Of a stretch of DNA of 64,000 nucleotides, positions 34,579 to 46,002 are shown in pieces. Every line of letters starts with the position of its first letter. Within the stretch, counting starts at the first letter, position 1. The DNA lies in contig OZ024742.1 in assembly GCA_964016885.1 (NCBI GenBank), forward strand, positions 268,150,001 through 268,214,000. The letters run 5' to 3'. The position numbers and the translations under genes were made by a program. Below the pieces are notes generated by a model, which worked only from the letters and a program-made list of their open reading frames with translations, did no database searches and was not told where the DNA came from. Source of the stretch: Eledone cirrhosa (taxonomy: Eukaryota).

Positions 34579-35111
34579 GAAAACAGGCAATGGGGAAATG
34601 GATTAATATAGCAGATGAAAAGTATAGAACAGTGGAATAAAATGGCAAATAAATGAAGATAGAAAAGCACACGTGTCGAATAATTATTTTAGAAAGGATA
34701 TAGTAGGAGGGGTGAATATTGTTTTTATACGACAGAAGTTGGAAAAGAGAGATCAGTAATGGGTAAATTTGTTTCCTTTGAAATAATATATGTGCTAAGG
34801 GGATTTGAGTTAATACGTATGATTTTAAGCATAGCATTTGTTAAAAAGGTGTGTGTCTGTGGGTGTGTTTGCCAGCGGGAGTAGGCCAATTAATTGGATG
34901 GACTTATTTAGGGTCTTTTCAGGTGTGTCATTCGTTTGAAAAATATTGTGTGTATCTGTGCATACATGTATAGCGTGTTGTATTTGCAAATACTTCTACT
35001 TAGTAAATTACTTTACCAACTAATGTTAAATCAATACCTCATAAATAGTAAATTGTCTGTGTATATTAGTTCATACATCTCATATATTTATGCCCATATA
35101 TACAGACAAAA

Positions 35112-35135
35112 AAACACACACACACACACACACAT

Positions 35136-35176
<41 letters not shown>

Positions 35177-35290
35177 GAAAGAGAGAGAGAGGGGGGAGAG
35201 AGAGATGCGGAGAAATAGAGAGAAAGAAAAATAAACATATATACATATATATAGAGAGAGAGAGAGAAGGAGGGAGATAAAGAGATAGAT
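35112..35290. repeat. Compound (CA)n(TA)n(GA)n microsatellite
   Basis: Read directly from the sequence. Confidence 0.95.
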
Positions 35291-38134
35291 AGACATATAA
35301 ATAGTCATACAGATAGATAAATAGATCTGATATTGTATATAATGTAATGTAAAAATAATATACACATTCGTATGAATAGATGTATATTGACATACACTGA
35401 AAACGAAATACAATTATAGATATACGCATCCACATATGATTTTATTTAAAATGCTTCAAGCTGGACCATGTTAAATGAATTAAACTTGACTATATTCCTG
35501 CTGAATTTGTATACATTCCATACAGATGGAACATGTATTTAAATGTTAGGTTCATACACACAAACAAATCAAATATGCTTGCATACATACGTAGATGCAT
35601 ACATATGCATGCATTGAAAGAAAAGCATACGGAATACCATTAAAACTGACATACGTCTATAAATAAGAATATAAACGTAGCTTTCACGGTCGTGTTAAAC
35701 AATATAATTATAGCTATATGAATATAGACAATCATATTCCTAAACACACATACAAATAAATAAACATTCATACTCAAACATACATACACTCGCAGCAAAT
35801 ACATTCAGTACACAGACAAATACATATGCGTGTCTCTCTCTCTTTATAATTACGAATGTATATTTATGCGTATCTACGTGTTTTATATATTTCATTCTTC
35901 AGTATGTGTGTGTGTGTGTGTGTGTATATACACATACATACACATACTGAAGAATGAAAAGTATAAATTTCAGTGAAATATTATTGTGTATTTAATGACT
36001 TAGCTCTTGATATCTTTATTGATATTTTCTATCGACATGTCGTCTGCTAAATGATACATATTTCATGAGGTTTCAATGGTCGATGTTAGCGATGGCTGAC
36101 GTTTAAGTTGATTGAAAGCAATCCGGTTATTAAATATTTCAATAGACTTCGCTATTCCTCTGATGGTATTTATTCAATATCAATTTTCAGTTATTTTTAC
36201 AGTGACATAATAATGAAAACGTAGTGAATAGTTTAAGCTTTCGGTAGTTTTAGGTTTTGTATTGATATTTCGAATCATGCTACAAGCATTTCCTTTCTTA
36301 GTTTTCAAAATAGCAACAATTCACTATTAAATTAATTTTAAAAATAACTTTAATAATATTATTTTTAATGTGTATTTTAACTTTACATTCACGAGCACGT
36401 CTGTATGTATTCTAGTATGAGCAGTATTTTATGTCTGATTATTGTAGTTATGTGTCTGTATGTTGTGTATCCGTGTAAGACTGGGAGATTTGGTTATCTA
36501 TTGCCTGCTTCGTTATAATAGCTAAGTCTCTTATAATTGTTGTTGTGCTCTCCCCATTATTTGTTATGTATTTTCATATGCATATCTTTAAATATCGATA
36601 GTTGCGCCGTTGCATGAGAAATGAAACCTCAATAAGGAAAGAGCTGCTTTTCTGAATGATTTTCAAAAAATAATATAATTGCCCACCATTAATATCCTTG
36701 CCTACATGAATTAGATCATACCACAATATCGTTATTTTCACGATATTTGAAGCGTTTCCTCTCCTATATTTCTACAGGGGATTAAATGTTTACATGCGCC
36801 ATCAATATAATATCATTATTCAACATTCTTAGTTGTTATTTTGTTGATTAGCTTATTGTTTTATTCTATCTAGTGAGGTTTTGAATATTTTATGAAAAGG
36901 TGAGTAGATATTCATTGTGTTTCTTTAGATTGTTTCTCTCAACACAGAGATGGATTTTGTGTATTCTGTGAGGGCAGTTGAAAATCCGTTCAGACCTAAA
37001 GTTAGTAGGTCGCTATATTTCATAATTTTCAGTACTACAACCATACAACGCTTCATCCTGCTTACGATTCTGCAGATCATATTGTCAATAGGGTACTTGA
37101 TATTTGGATTTATATATCATCGGATCCCATATGATTCACGGAATGTCAGATTCATGAAATGTCAGTGCAGGTTACTGATTTTGAATTGGTTCGCTGTCGA
37201 GCTGATGCAGGTATTTTGTTAACTTACATTCATATCGTGTTGTTGTACAATAATTTAGACATTAGGAGCTAGTTTACAGGTTACCTATAGTAGTATTCTC
37301 TTATGCCGTGCTTGCTGTTTGGTGGGATAGGAGTTGCTGGGGATGCCAGGATTATAATTGCATGTGTTCTTTTACGTTCTACAATTTCCCTGATTAGGGC
37401 ATGTTGTTCCGGGATTTTCCCTCAAATAACTGTTACTTTGCTTGCAGTTCCTTATTTGGTTATGTTGTTGCGGAGGAGAATGTTGTTTGTTTTTGTGACT
37501 AAGTACGTTGTGGTTTATCTTTGCTACGTATGTATTAGGTTCATAGTGGCGCAGTATGAAAGTTTAATTTTGAGATAATTAATAATTGCACAGCTTATAT
37601 GAGACGGTGGGACATTAATTTCAATTTTTTCATAGTAATTGTTAATTATTTTTTCCTTACCTGATTGAGAATGTTTTACAACATTTTCGCTAAGATTATT
37701 CAGTCGTATGGACGTTTAGATTTGTATAGTGCAATGTTTTTGTGTTCCTTTAGCTGCTGTCGTGTTATTGCTGTTTTGGTTTTTATGGAGAGAGAGTTTA
37801 CTTGAGGGGTTATTTGAATTTCCAACGGTGTTTTTTGTAATCCGTTCTCCATATGTTGTTTCTAAGTGCGACATTGATTTCAACTTTTCAATTTTTGCTG
37901 GATTCATCAAATTTGCCCGCCCAAAGATCCGTATTACCGGAACAAACATCTTGACAATAGATTTCATTTCCTTTCTCAAAAGCCGCAATTGTTTGAAAAG
38001 CTCAGTCTAGTTCAGGAAATTGGATCAGCTTACGTAATTCCGCTTCATTCTGTTGCAAGGTCTGTAAAACATGTGTAAGAGAAGTATAAATTACATTAAT
38101 TCCAATGCCTCTGTAATGATTACATCAGCACGTG

Positions 38135-38136
<2 letters not shown>

Positions 38137-38200
<64 letters not shown>
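38137..38200. repeat. (TA)n microsatellite; similar tracts at 40459, 42677, 43645, 44950-45395, 45728, 45948, 49040, 50400-50600 and 51050-51296
   Basis: Read directly from the sequence. Confidence 0.97.
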
Positions 38201-38201
<1 letters not shown>

Positions 38202-38427
38202 TGTTATAAACAGAATTAACTCGAATGTCGAGTTTGGATGCGTGAGTATATTAGAATTCGTAGAAAAATGGAAGAATTCGGCGTAAGGATGCTGTTGAAA
38301 CAGCAAAATGTTGTTGAAACGGCGTTCGGTAAACAATTACAACGAATGATAGAAATCAGCGACTCAAAGTGAGTTTGCTCGAAGAAATTGATAAGAAGGA
38401 AGAAATAGAATGGATGATTGGAAATCA

Positions 38428-38875
38428 CAAACCTTTAAAAACACTCATCAGCTTTCAGACCACCTGCAGTTTCAACGATTTGCCTGAAAGAACTGCGAAG
38501 GATTGGTGGTTCATAAGAGCGGAGAAATAAATATCTCTGTTGCTTGTGTTGGGACAGTCCAGAAAGTGAGAAAAATGAAGTGCGGCCACTCGTTCTCAAG
38601 TCGTCGCAAGAAAGGAAGAACAGTCCTTCTCTCCTTCCCCTCCTACAGGCCACTCCCGCTTACACTGCCTTTGTTCTTCCTTTCTTACGACGACTTGAGG
38701 CCGAGTGGACGTACTTTATTTTTCTCCGTCTTTCTCTGACCTACCCCAACAAAAACATATCAACAGAGACATTTTTTTCTCCGTTGTTACAATCCACCTT
38801 TCATTCGCAGTCCTTTTAGTCAAACCGTTGAAACTGCAGGTGGTCTGAAAGCTGTTAAGTGTATTTAAATGTTTG
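38428..38875. mobile_element. Foldback/MITE-like element with about 200-bp imperfect inverted arms
   Basis: CAGCTTTCAGACCACCTGCAGTTTCAACG pairs with CGTTGAAACTGCAGGTGGTCTGAAAGCTG; inner CTCAAGTCGTCGCAAGAAAGGAAGAACA pairs with TGTTCTTCCTTTCTTACGACGACTTGAG. Confidence 0.8.
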
Positions 38876-40351
38876 TTATCTATCAGGCATTCAAACAAAC
38901 GAACGAACCAGGAAGCGACGCAAAATTGTCCCGTCCGTATAGCATTATTAGGGTAAAAAGAAATGCATTGTCTTAAGGTGCATGTTGTAGTGGTAGCATG
39001 CGAAAGTGATAACAGCAGCAATCATGAATAGAGAGGGGGATAGGGTAATAAGGTAATAGGGGGAGACAGATGTAAAAGAGAAAAGCGGAGATATGTTAAT
39101 GAGGTAAGAGGCGATTTGATCAGGAATTAGTGGTAGTTACCGGCTGGGTGTTTCTTTTAAAATTCAGTCGACTTTGACCTAGATGTTCCTCCATATTAGA
39201 AAGTTAATAAATTGATAGCTGATGTTATAAGTAAACAAACATGTGTATCGAATAAAACACCTGAGGGAATATGAACGCGAGGGAATATGAACGCGAGAAA
39301 TTGCTGAATGGCATGGAAATCGTGTACTATTAACCACAACAACAGAAAAAAGTGGCCAGTGTCCTTAACGGGAAAAAAAATGAATCAAATATTTCAGAAT
39401 CGATAGATTAAAGGAGAGGGAGAAGCTAAGAAATACAGGGAGAAAGAGGGACGGAAAGATATGAGATCGAGTGAAACGTATAGATAATTAAGTAAGGAGT
39501 GTATAGGTATGGAGTATTTTATAGGAAAGGGGAATAAAAAGGAACATACGGGGAGATCAAAGTGACAAAAAATGAAAGTCAAGAAGAAGTACACAGCGAT
39601 ATCGTAAATACACCAGCTCTCACTTTGTCATGTACTGTCACACGAGACAGAAAGAGAAGCATCCCTATTTTAGGCCAGTCCATCCTCCAGAAAATAAACA
39701 TTACTGCTGGTATGATGCGTGATGGCCATAACAAATAAAAAAAAAGAAGTCGGAGAAAACTGTATTCGGCTAGTATCATGTACTAGGGCAAAAGGTAAGG
39801 TATATAAGGTAGTGGTATCAATCGGGAGTGATAGCAGTAGCCAAAACACTCTTCTCTTAATCTTACATACTTTTCACACATCCAACCTCAAACATTTCCC
39901 TCCCTATCCGTCTTAGACTCTCCTCCACTTTTGCAACTCGTGCTTCTGAAAGATATATGGAATAGGCTCTCCCGTAGAAGCCACTATATACTCTTTTCCG
40001 TCCACCCTCTTTTAGATTTCTACGGTGCTATTATTAACGCTATTCGGCTATTTTACTTTACTTTTTTCTTTACACTTATTTGCTTTTCTTCACTCTCAGT
40101 ATTTTTTCTTTCCTATATATTTCTACCCCCCATTGTTCTACCTACCGTTCCGACTTCCTCCCCCTCCCCCTCCCCTGTATCTTCTTTGACCTCATGCCCA
40201 GCTGTAGCTGGCACTACCAACGCTTGATTGGGTCTATTCCACCCCTCCCCTCTTTCTCCTACTGGCAGGTTTAGCCACCATCTCCCCTACTAATTTGCAA
40301 CCACAGAATTACGACTGATTTTTGACAATCACTTTGACCATATATGGAATT

Positions 40352-40445
40352 ACCCCTTGAGAAGATCGGCTATTTAAATACCAGGATAAATTTTCATTTA
40401 GTCCAGAATTAGCCGTCGAAACGGCTTGAGCTCAGCTGTCGGGGT
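40352..40445 (+). ncRNA. Type I hammerhead ribozyme with U3-A8 core variant and long helix II
   Basis: Helix I ACCCC/GGGGU; core UUGAGAA; helix II GA(U)CGGCUA/UAGCCGUC; GAAA; helix III ACGGCU/AGCUGU with GAGCUC palindrome; GUC triplet (cleavage after 40440). Confidence 0.75.
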
Positions 40446-40455
40446 CTTACTGGTT

Positions 40456-40508
<53 letters not shown>

Positions 40509-40999
40509 TTGCAGGTATGTGAGTATATTTCTACTCTTTTCCGTGAAGGACGTATTACCTAGCGTAGGTGCAGTTTGTACCGTGATGATGGGCTTTCGAC
40601 TATGACTAAGTGTGGACCCTGATCTATTATATGTATATATATACATACCTTTTGTAAGTAATTGTATGCAGATGTATATATCTTTGCATATTTATATTGA
40701 ATGTATATGGGAATATATTTATAGGCAACCGTATGTGTGTATGCGTATATATGCCAGTATATGTAGGCATGTGTATGTATACATTTGTAGGCTCAGATTC
40801 AAACGTACGTGCGCATACACATGTATATGCACACATGTGTGTATGTATGTATACGTGTATAAATAATTTTCATACATGTTATCTTCGTTATCATACATGT
40901 TATCTTCGTTTACGCATGCATCTACACCTGTCAGCGCATACTTATGAATGAACATAAATTGGACAACATTAGTATTAATGTTCTTCTTATTATTATTAT

Positions 41000-41180
41000 G
41001 GATAGCAACATCGATAGAGCGTCAGACACCATGCTTCGCGGCATCGTGTTACCTGTTTTTACGTTCTGAATTCAAACCCGCTGAAATTAACTTTGCATTT
41101 CATCCTTACAGTGTCGATAAAATAAAGTACTACTAATGCGTTGGAGTCGATGCAATCGGCATTCCACTCTCTTTTGAGCC
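41000..41180 (+). mobile_element. Degenerate tRNA-derived SINE
   Basis: B-box-like GTTCTGAATTCAAACCCG followed by CTTTGCATTTCATCC...GTCGATAAAATAAAGTAC; homologous to 47603-47820. Confidence 0.65.
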
Positions 41181-41599
41181 TAAATCAGAAATCTTTATTA
41201 TTAATATTTTTACTATTATTAATAATTTTACTATTAATAATACATTCAGTATTTTTATGTTTGATCAATTTACTTTTACATCATATTTTAACATCGTATT
41301 TCATATATGGTAGCATGAAATCTTTTGGTTATTCTAAAAAGAATACTAGTTTCTTGATTTATCCATAGGAAGAATGTTTCTTCCATAGGAAGAATTTGTT
41401 CTTCTCGCTACACATAATGACGTAATTATCTTTCCATACATTTCGCCTATCTCGGTATTACGTGTTCACGTACTACTGTTATGTCTTCCTGTATTCTAAA
41501 GGCCATATCTTGTGCTTATCATTTGCAGAATACTGTTTACCGCTCTGGGGTGGAAGCTGCCATGCCAAGTAAGTTGACACTATTCTCAAATAAGAAATG

Positions 41600-42090
41600 A
41601 GAACACTATCTGACCCACTGAAATATTCTCTGCAGTTGCCTAACATTTCTTATATAGTTCCTTCTCACATGTAGCATCAGAGGATCCCCTTCTTACCAAC
41701 TCCAAGCCCGACCTGCCCATGAAGACCTGGATAACCTTCCCAACATCCGATTGAAATCATACAACACATTCCGGAAATCAATGATGACCCTTCAAGACAA
41801 TCATTTTGATCAGAATTAAGAGTGGCGAAGATTTTGGAATAAGTCCAAATTTGCCAACAAGGAGGTCGTCCAGGACGCCAGCTGGCTTTGACACTCACAG
41901 GAAGCAATAAGAGTCCCTAATCGAATCTGCGCAACACATGCCAGGATAGTCCATTATCTCTATCAATGGAAAATGAAAGACAGCCCAGCATGTTACTATG
42001 AGGAGCCTGATATAATATATATAACGCTATTTATACCACGTACAAGGCAGACCTTAACATTATCCAGTCGGATTTGTTTGAATTTGTATT
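41600..42090 (+). mobile_element. Old Ingi/Vingi-like LINE 3' remnant
   Basis: Hand translation near 41870-42010 gives TPAGFDTHRKQ*..LNRICATHARIVHYLYQWKMKDSPAC, resembling the I-group/Vingi C-terminal PPGFDLPR..W..LNRLRTGH..C motif. Confidence 0.5.
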
Positions 42091-42675
42091 TAATAACATA
42101 AGAATATGTATACACAACAGAGTGTATATTGTGTAAATTGCGTCTCTAAAATGTGTAACTCACTCTTAATCAGAATATGTATATAAATAAACACACACTC
42201 TCACACAGAGAAGTAGCACATGCACAACCCAAGCAGACAGCACATAACAGAAAAACAAGATGGTGTAGGATAGAACAAAGTAGAGGCACAAAACAAAAAC
42301 CCAGTCACTGAGGAGATCACACAATGTGTGAGGAAAGAGCTTGAAAGTAAATAAATAACCATCCAGTATCGAACCAACCAGCCAAACGGAAATCTATAAT
42401 AAATTGAAATGAAAGCTAACAGGTGCGTGTGTGTTTATTGACAGTATGACCCTCCGAAAGTATAATAATATTTGTTTCAACGCACGTTTTCAGATAAGAA
42501 ATCTTGGAAAACAAATTCAAAAACGAAGTACATATATATGAATATAGATAGGGCTTTCATGGTGTGTTCCTTCGGATGAAACAGTTCTAGTCATATAGAA
42601 GCCATTGCTATACTAAAAAAATTTACTCAGCTCTGTATTGAGTACCTTACTGTGGTTACCCCGATTGAACCCTGA

Positions 42676-42766
<91 letters not shown>

Positions 42767-42925
42767 GAATTGGAGCTCTTAAATAGCAATATATATATGA
42801 ATGTATATATAATGTATTTTGCAATACATTTTATGCTTAATTAAAAGCATTTTGAAGACCCTATGCTATTGTTTTACAGTAGTGACAAACTCACTTATTT
42901 TAATCTCAGCAAACAAGGGGAGATA

Positions 42926-42970
42926 AGCCGACAAGGCCTTGTTTCGCATTTATTGATGCTTATCATGGCT
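42926..42970 (-). ncRNA. Hammerhead copy in the inverted unit (core position 3 mutated to A)
   Basis: Minus strand AGCC-AUGAUAA-GCAU-CAAUAA-AUGC-GAAA-CAAGGCCUUGUC-GGCU. Confidence 0.65.
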
Positions 42971-43153
42971 AACTACTCCCTCCTGTCTACTGAGATCACT
43001 GATGTTATCTTCTTATTGGTATTTCAGAGCTCCAATTCTAATTTTTAATTTATGCCTGACCGGCAACCGCTCTGTATAATCAGTTCCTGATTATTTACTG
43101 GAATTCTATAAGAATATAACATCAGTGATCTCAGTAGACAGGAGGAAGTAGTT

Positions 43154-43198
43154 AGCCTTGATAAGCATCAATAAATGCGAAACAAGGCCTTGTCGGCT
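43154..43198 (+). ncRNA. Type I hammerhead ribozyme, U3-A8 core, palindromic helix III
   Basis: AGCC-UUGAUAA-GCAU-CAAUAA-AUGC-GAAA-CAAGGCCUUGUC-GGCU; all helices pair; GUC cleavage after 43194. Confidence 0.85.
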
Positions 43199-43473
43199 TA
43201 TCTCCCCTGTTTTCTGAGATTAAAGTAAGTGAGTTTGTCACTACTCTAAAACAATAGCATACGGTCTTCAAAATGCTTTTAATTAAGCATAAAGTGTATT
43301 GCAAAATCCATTATATATACATTCATGTATATATATTGCTATTTCAGAGCTCCAATTCTAATTTTTAATTTCTGCCTGACCGGCAACCGCTCTGTATAAT
43401 CAGTTCCTGATTATTTACTAGAATTCTATAAGAATATAACATCAATGATCTCAGTAGACAGGAGGGAGTAGTT

Positions 43474-43518
43474 AGCCTTGATAAGCATCAATAAATGCGA
43501 AACAAGGCCTTGTCCGCT
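43474..43518 (+). ncRNA. Second tandem hammerhead copy (one helix I mismatch)
   Basis: Same as 43154 except GUC-CGCU; lies 320 nt downstream. Confidence 0.75.
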
Positions 43519-43642
43519 TATCTCTCCTTGTTTGCTGAGATTAAAGTAGTTGAGTTTGTCACTACTCTAAAACAATAGCATACGGTCCTCAAAATGCTTT
43601 TAATTAAGCATAACAAGTATTGCAAAATACATTATATATACA

Positions 43643-43708
<66 letters not shown>

Positions 43709-44257
43709 AAAAATGGCGTGCTGCGTGGTTACACATGGGTTACATATGAATAAAATTAGTCCTTCATCAGTGATCTTCCAACCTTCATTGGTATTTCATC
43801 GCTTTGAAAATCATATACCTCTGGTTGGTGCGAGAAATAACTAAATAAAGTTACTGGGACAAGTAAAATACGGTGAAGCGAGCGAGACATGTAAACAAAA
43901 AAAGATGGTATTGCAACGGAGAGATAGGAAGCGACAAGTACATGATATCTATAAGCTTAAGCTTGGTGAAATCATGGACGAGAGAGACAGACCATCCGAC
44001 CTGGGTGAGATGTGAGTGAGAAAAGGATTTCACACAGGTCAAACGGGAGGAGGTGAGAGAGGGGAGAAGCAGAGAGTGAGTGAGTGGAAGTGTGAGGAAG
44101 AGGCCAGCTGAAAGAGAGTATGACTGGCAGAGGGGATAAAAAGAAGGTGAGAGATACAGAGAGAGGGGAAGCAGTAAGAAAGAAACAGACAGGATATATA
44201 TATATATATATAGTGACGAAACATAAGTCAATTGCATGAACTCATAATCCTTTATTT

Positions 44258-44313
44258 ACTGCTATATATATTTCGATGATAGCCATTGAATGGCTATGCC
44301 CTCATCAGGCAGT
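44258..44313 (-). ncRNA. Minimal type I hammerhead ribozyme (canonical core)
   Basis: Minus strand ACUGC-CUGAUGA-GGGCAUAGCCAUUCAAUGGCUAUCAUC-GAAA-UAUAUAUA-GCAGU; helix I ACUGC/GCAGU; palindromic AU helix III. Confidence 0.8.
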
Positions 44314-45263
44314 TAGTCAGTTCTTAGATATTCCAGCTCTGTGTGTATAGTGTTGATGGTATCAGAGCCTTGGGACATATGAGCTTGTTAGGAATATTTT
44401 GATGTTGTCAGCAGGAATAGTCTTGATTCTCATTGGTCAGTTTGTAGATGGTAGTAGGTTGGTATTTGACCTGAAAGAGGCAGGTGGATCTGTAGGGTTC
44501 AAACCATCAGGCAAGATGACAATAGTTCCACATGACTGATTTTCACAAAAGGCATTATTGGTCAGATATATTTTTAAATAAGGATAATAGTATGAAATAA
44601 TACTATAGGTCATTCTTAAATTGAGGAATGTATGTGGAGTGGTGCTACTGAAAATTATGGTTGGAGTAGAAAGTTTACAAATAAAAAAGCTTATATAGGC
44701 TGGATTGCACTACACTCACATACACCTCCACAGACACATACACACTTCTACACATACAAAACGTGGGGTGGTAATACTTAATATAATGGTTAGAGTCCAA
44801 TACTTAGATAGTTTAGAAAATTTAGAAATAAAGGGTTTATGCTGGTTCATTTGTACATACACTCACACCTACCCCCTCAAACACTCACACATCTACACAC
44901 ACAAATCCATACAGGTGTGCATATATACATATGCATGCATGCATGTACGCACAAGTATACACACATATATATATACATATATAATATATATATATATACA
45001 CAGAACATTCATATATATGAAATATATACATACAAAAAGATAAAAAAATATATATATACAAAGGTACACACACACAAAATATATACACACGTAAGACATA
45101 CATATATATATATATATATAAAATACACACATACACACATATATATATAAAATATATACTTACAGCAGATACGCACACATATATAAAAGATATGCATACA
45201 TACACACATAAAATACACATATATATACACATGATACATATATATACATATATATATATATAG

Positions 45264-45300
<37 letters not shown>

Positions 45301-45363
45301 AACAAGTAAGACCCCTGGTTCCTTATCACATTTCATTCGTTATATATATATATATATATATAA

Positions 45364-45398
<35 letters not shown>

Positions 45399-45725
45399 AG
45401 CAGTGTTTTTAGTTAATGTTTTGAGCACTACTGAAGATCGACTCCAACCGTGACCAACCCCACTGAAATGTTTCGTGAAATGGTCTTTTAAAGGTCATAT
45501 AGTGCATTTGTAGTTTTCCCCAAGTTATTTTAAATTAAGATTTTATTGTTTTTTCCTCAACTTACACAAAGTTTGATAAAACAGTTTTTTCTTCTTGATT
45601 TGTTTTGAATTAAGATTGTGTTACTTTTTCCCTCATATTGCATTAAATATTTTTCATCTTAATGGTATAGTCACTTATATACCTGAATTATTGTTGGTAT
45701 TTTGTTTACATTCATTTTATTTTCA

Positions 45726-45778
<53 letters not shown>

Positions 45779-45871
45779 GTTTGTAAAAGGTAAACAGAAA
45801 TAACAACACAATCGGTACAGTATATGGAAGGGATATATTAGGTTAACGCTTGATATAGCAGGACGAGGGTT

Positions 45872-45903
45872 TTAACGTTTCGGACGCTAGTCCTTCATCA
45901 GAA
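45872..45903 (-). ncRNA. Minimal hammerhead motif, weak helix I
   Basis: Minus strand CUGAUGA-A-GGAC-UAGC-GUCC-GAAACGUUA; lies in a roughly 170-bp insert between (TA)n tracts. Confidence 0.65.
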
Positions 45904-45943
45904 GAAAGAATGAGAAATAAGATAGATTGAGGGGACGGGCCGG

Positions 45944-46002
<59 letters not shown>

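Larger units (their letters stand above)
42762..43650. mobile_element. Non-coding hammerhead-bearing element: one inverted partial unit plus two tandem 320-bp units, between (TA)n tracts (retrozyme / Penelope pLTR-like)
   Basis: 43019-43338 is repeated at 43339-43650; 42762-43015 is the reverse complement of about 43109-43362. Confidence 0.85.

Noticed and set aside
35938-35991. CUGAAGA...GAAA hammerhead-like stretch (also partial cores at 43765, 45431 and 47078)
   Set aside because: Helices are weak or missing in very AT-rich sequence; cannot be distinguished from chance.
36400-38050. Possible ancient LINE or host exons on the minus strand (ORF 37716-37988)
   Set aside because: No convincing motif or splice structure could be read by eye; needs tBLASTn or HMM search.
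38440-38480. GAAAC...CUGAUGAG on the minus strand, like a type II hammerhead
   Set aside because: The triplet would be GUG, helices I and II do not pair, and the other arm lacks the core.
44705-45329. ORFs rich in YI/HT/CV repeats (also near 35000, 40600, 50200 and 51000)
   Set aside because: Translations of (TA)n/(CA)n microsatellites.
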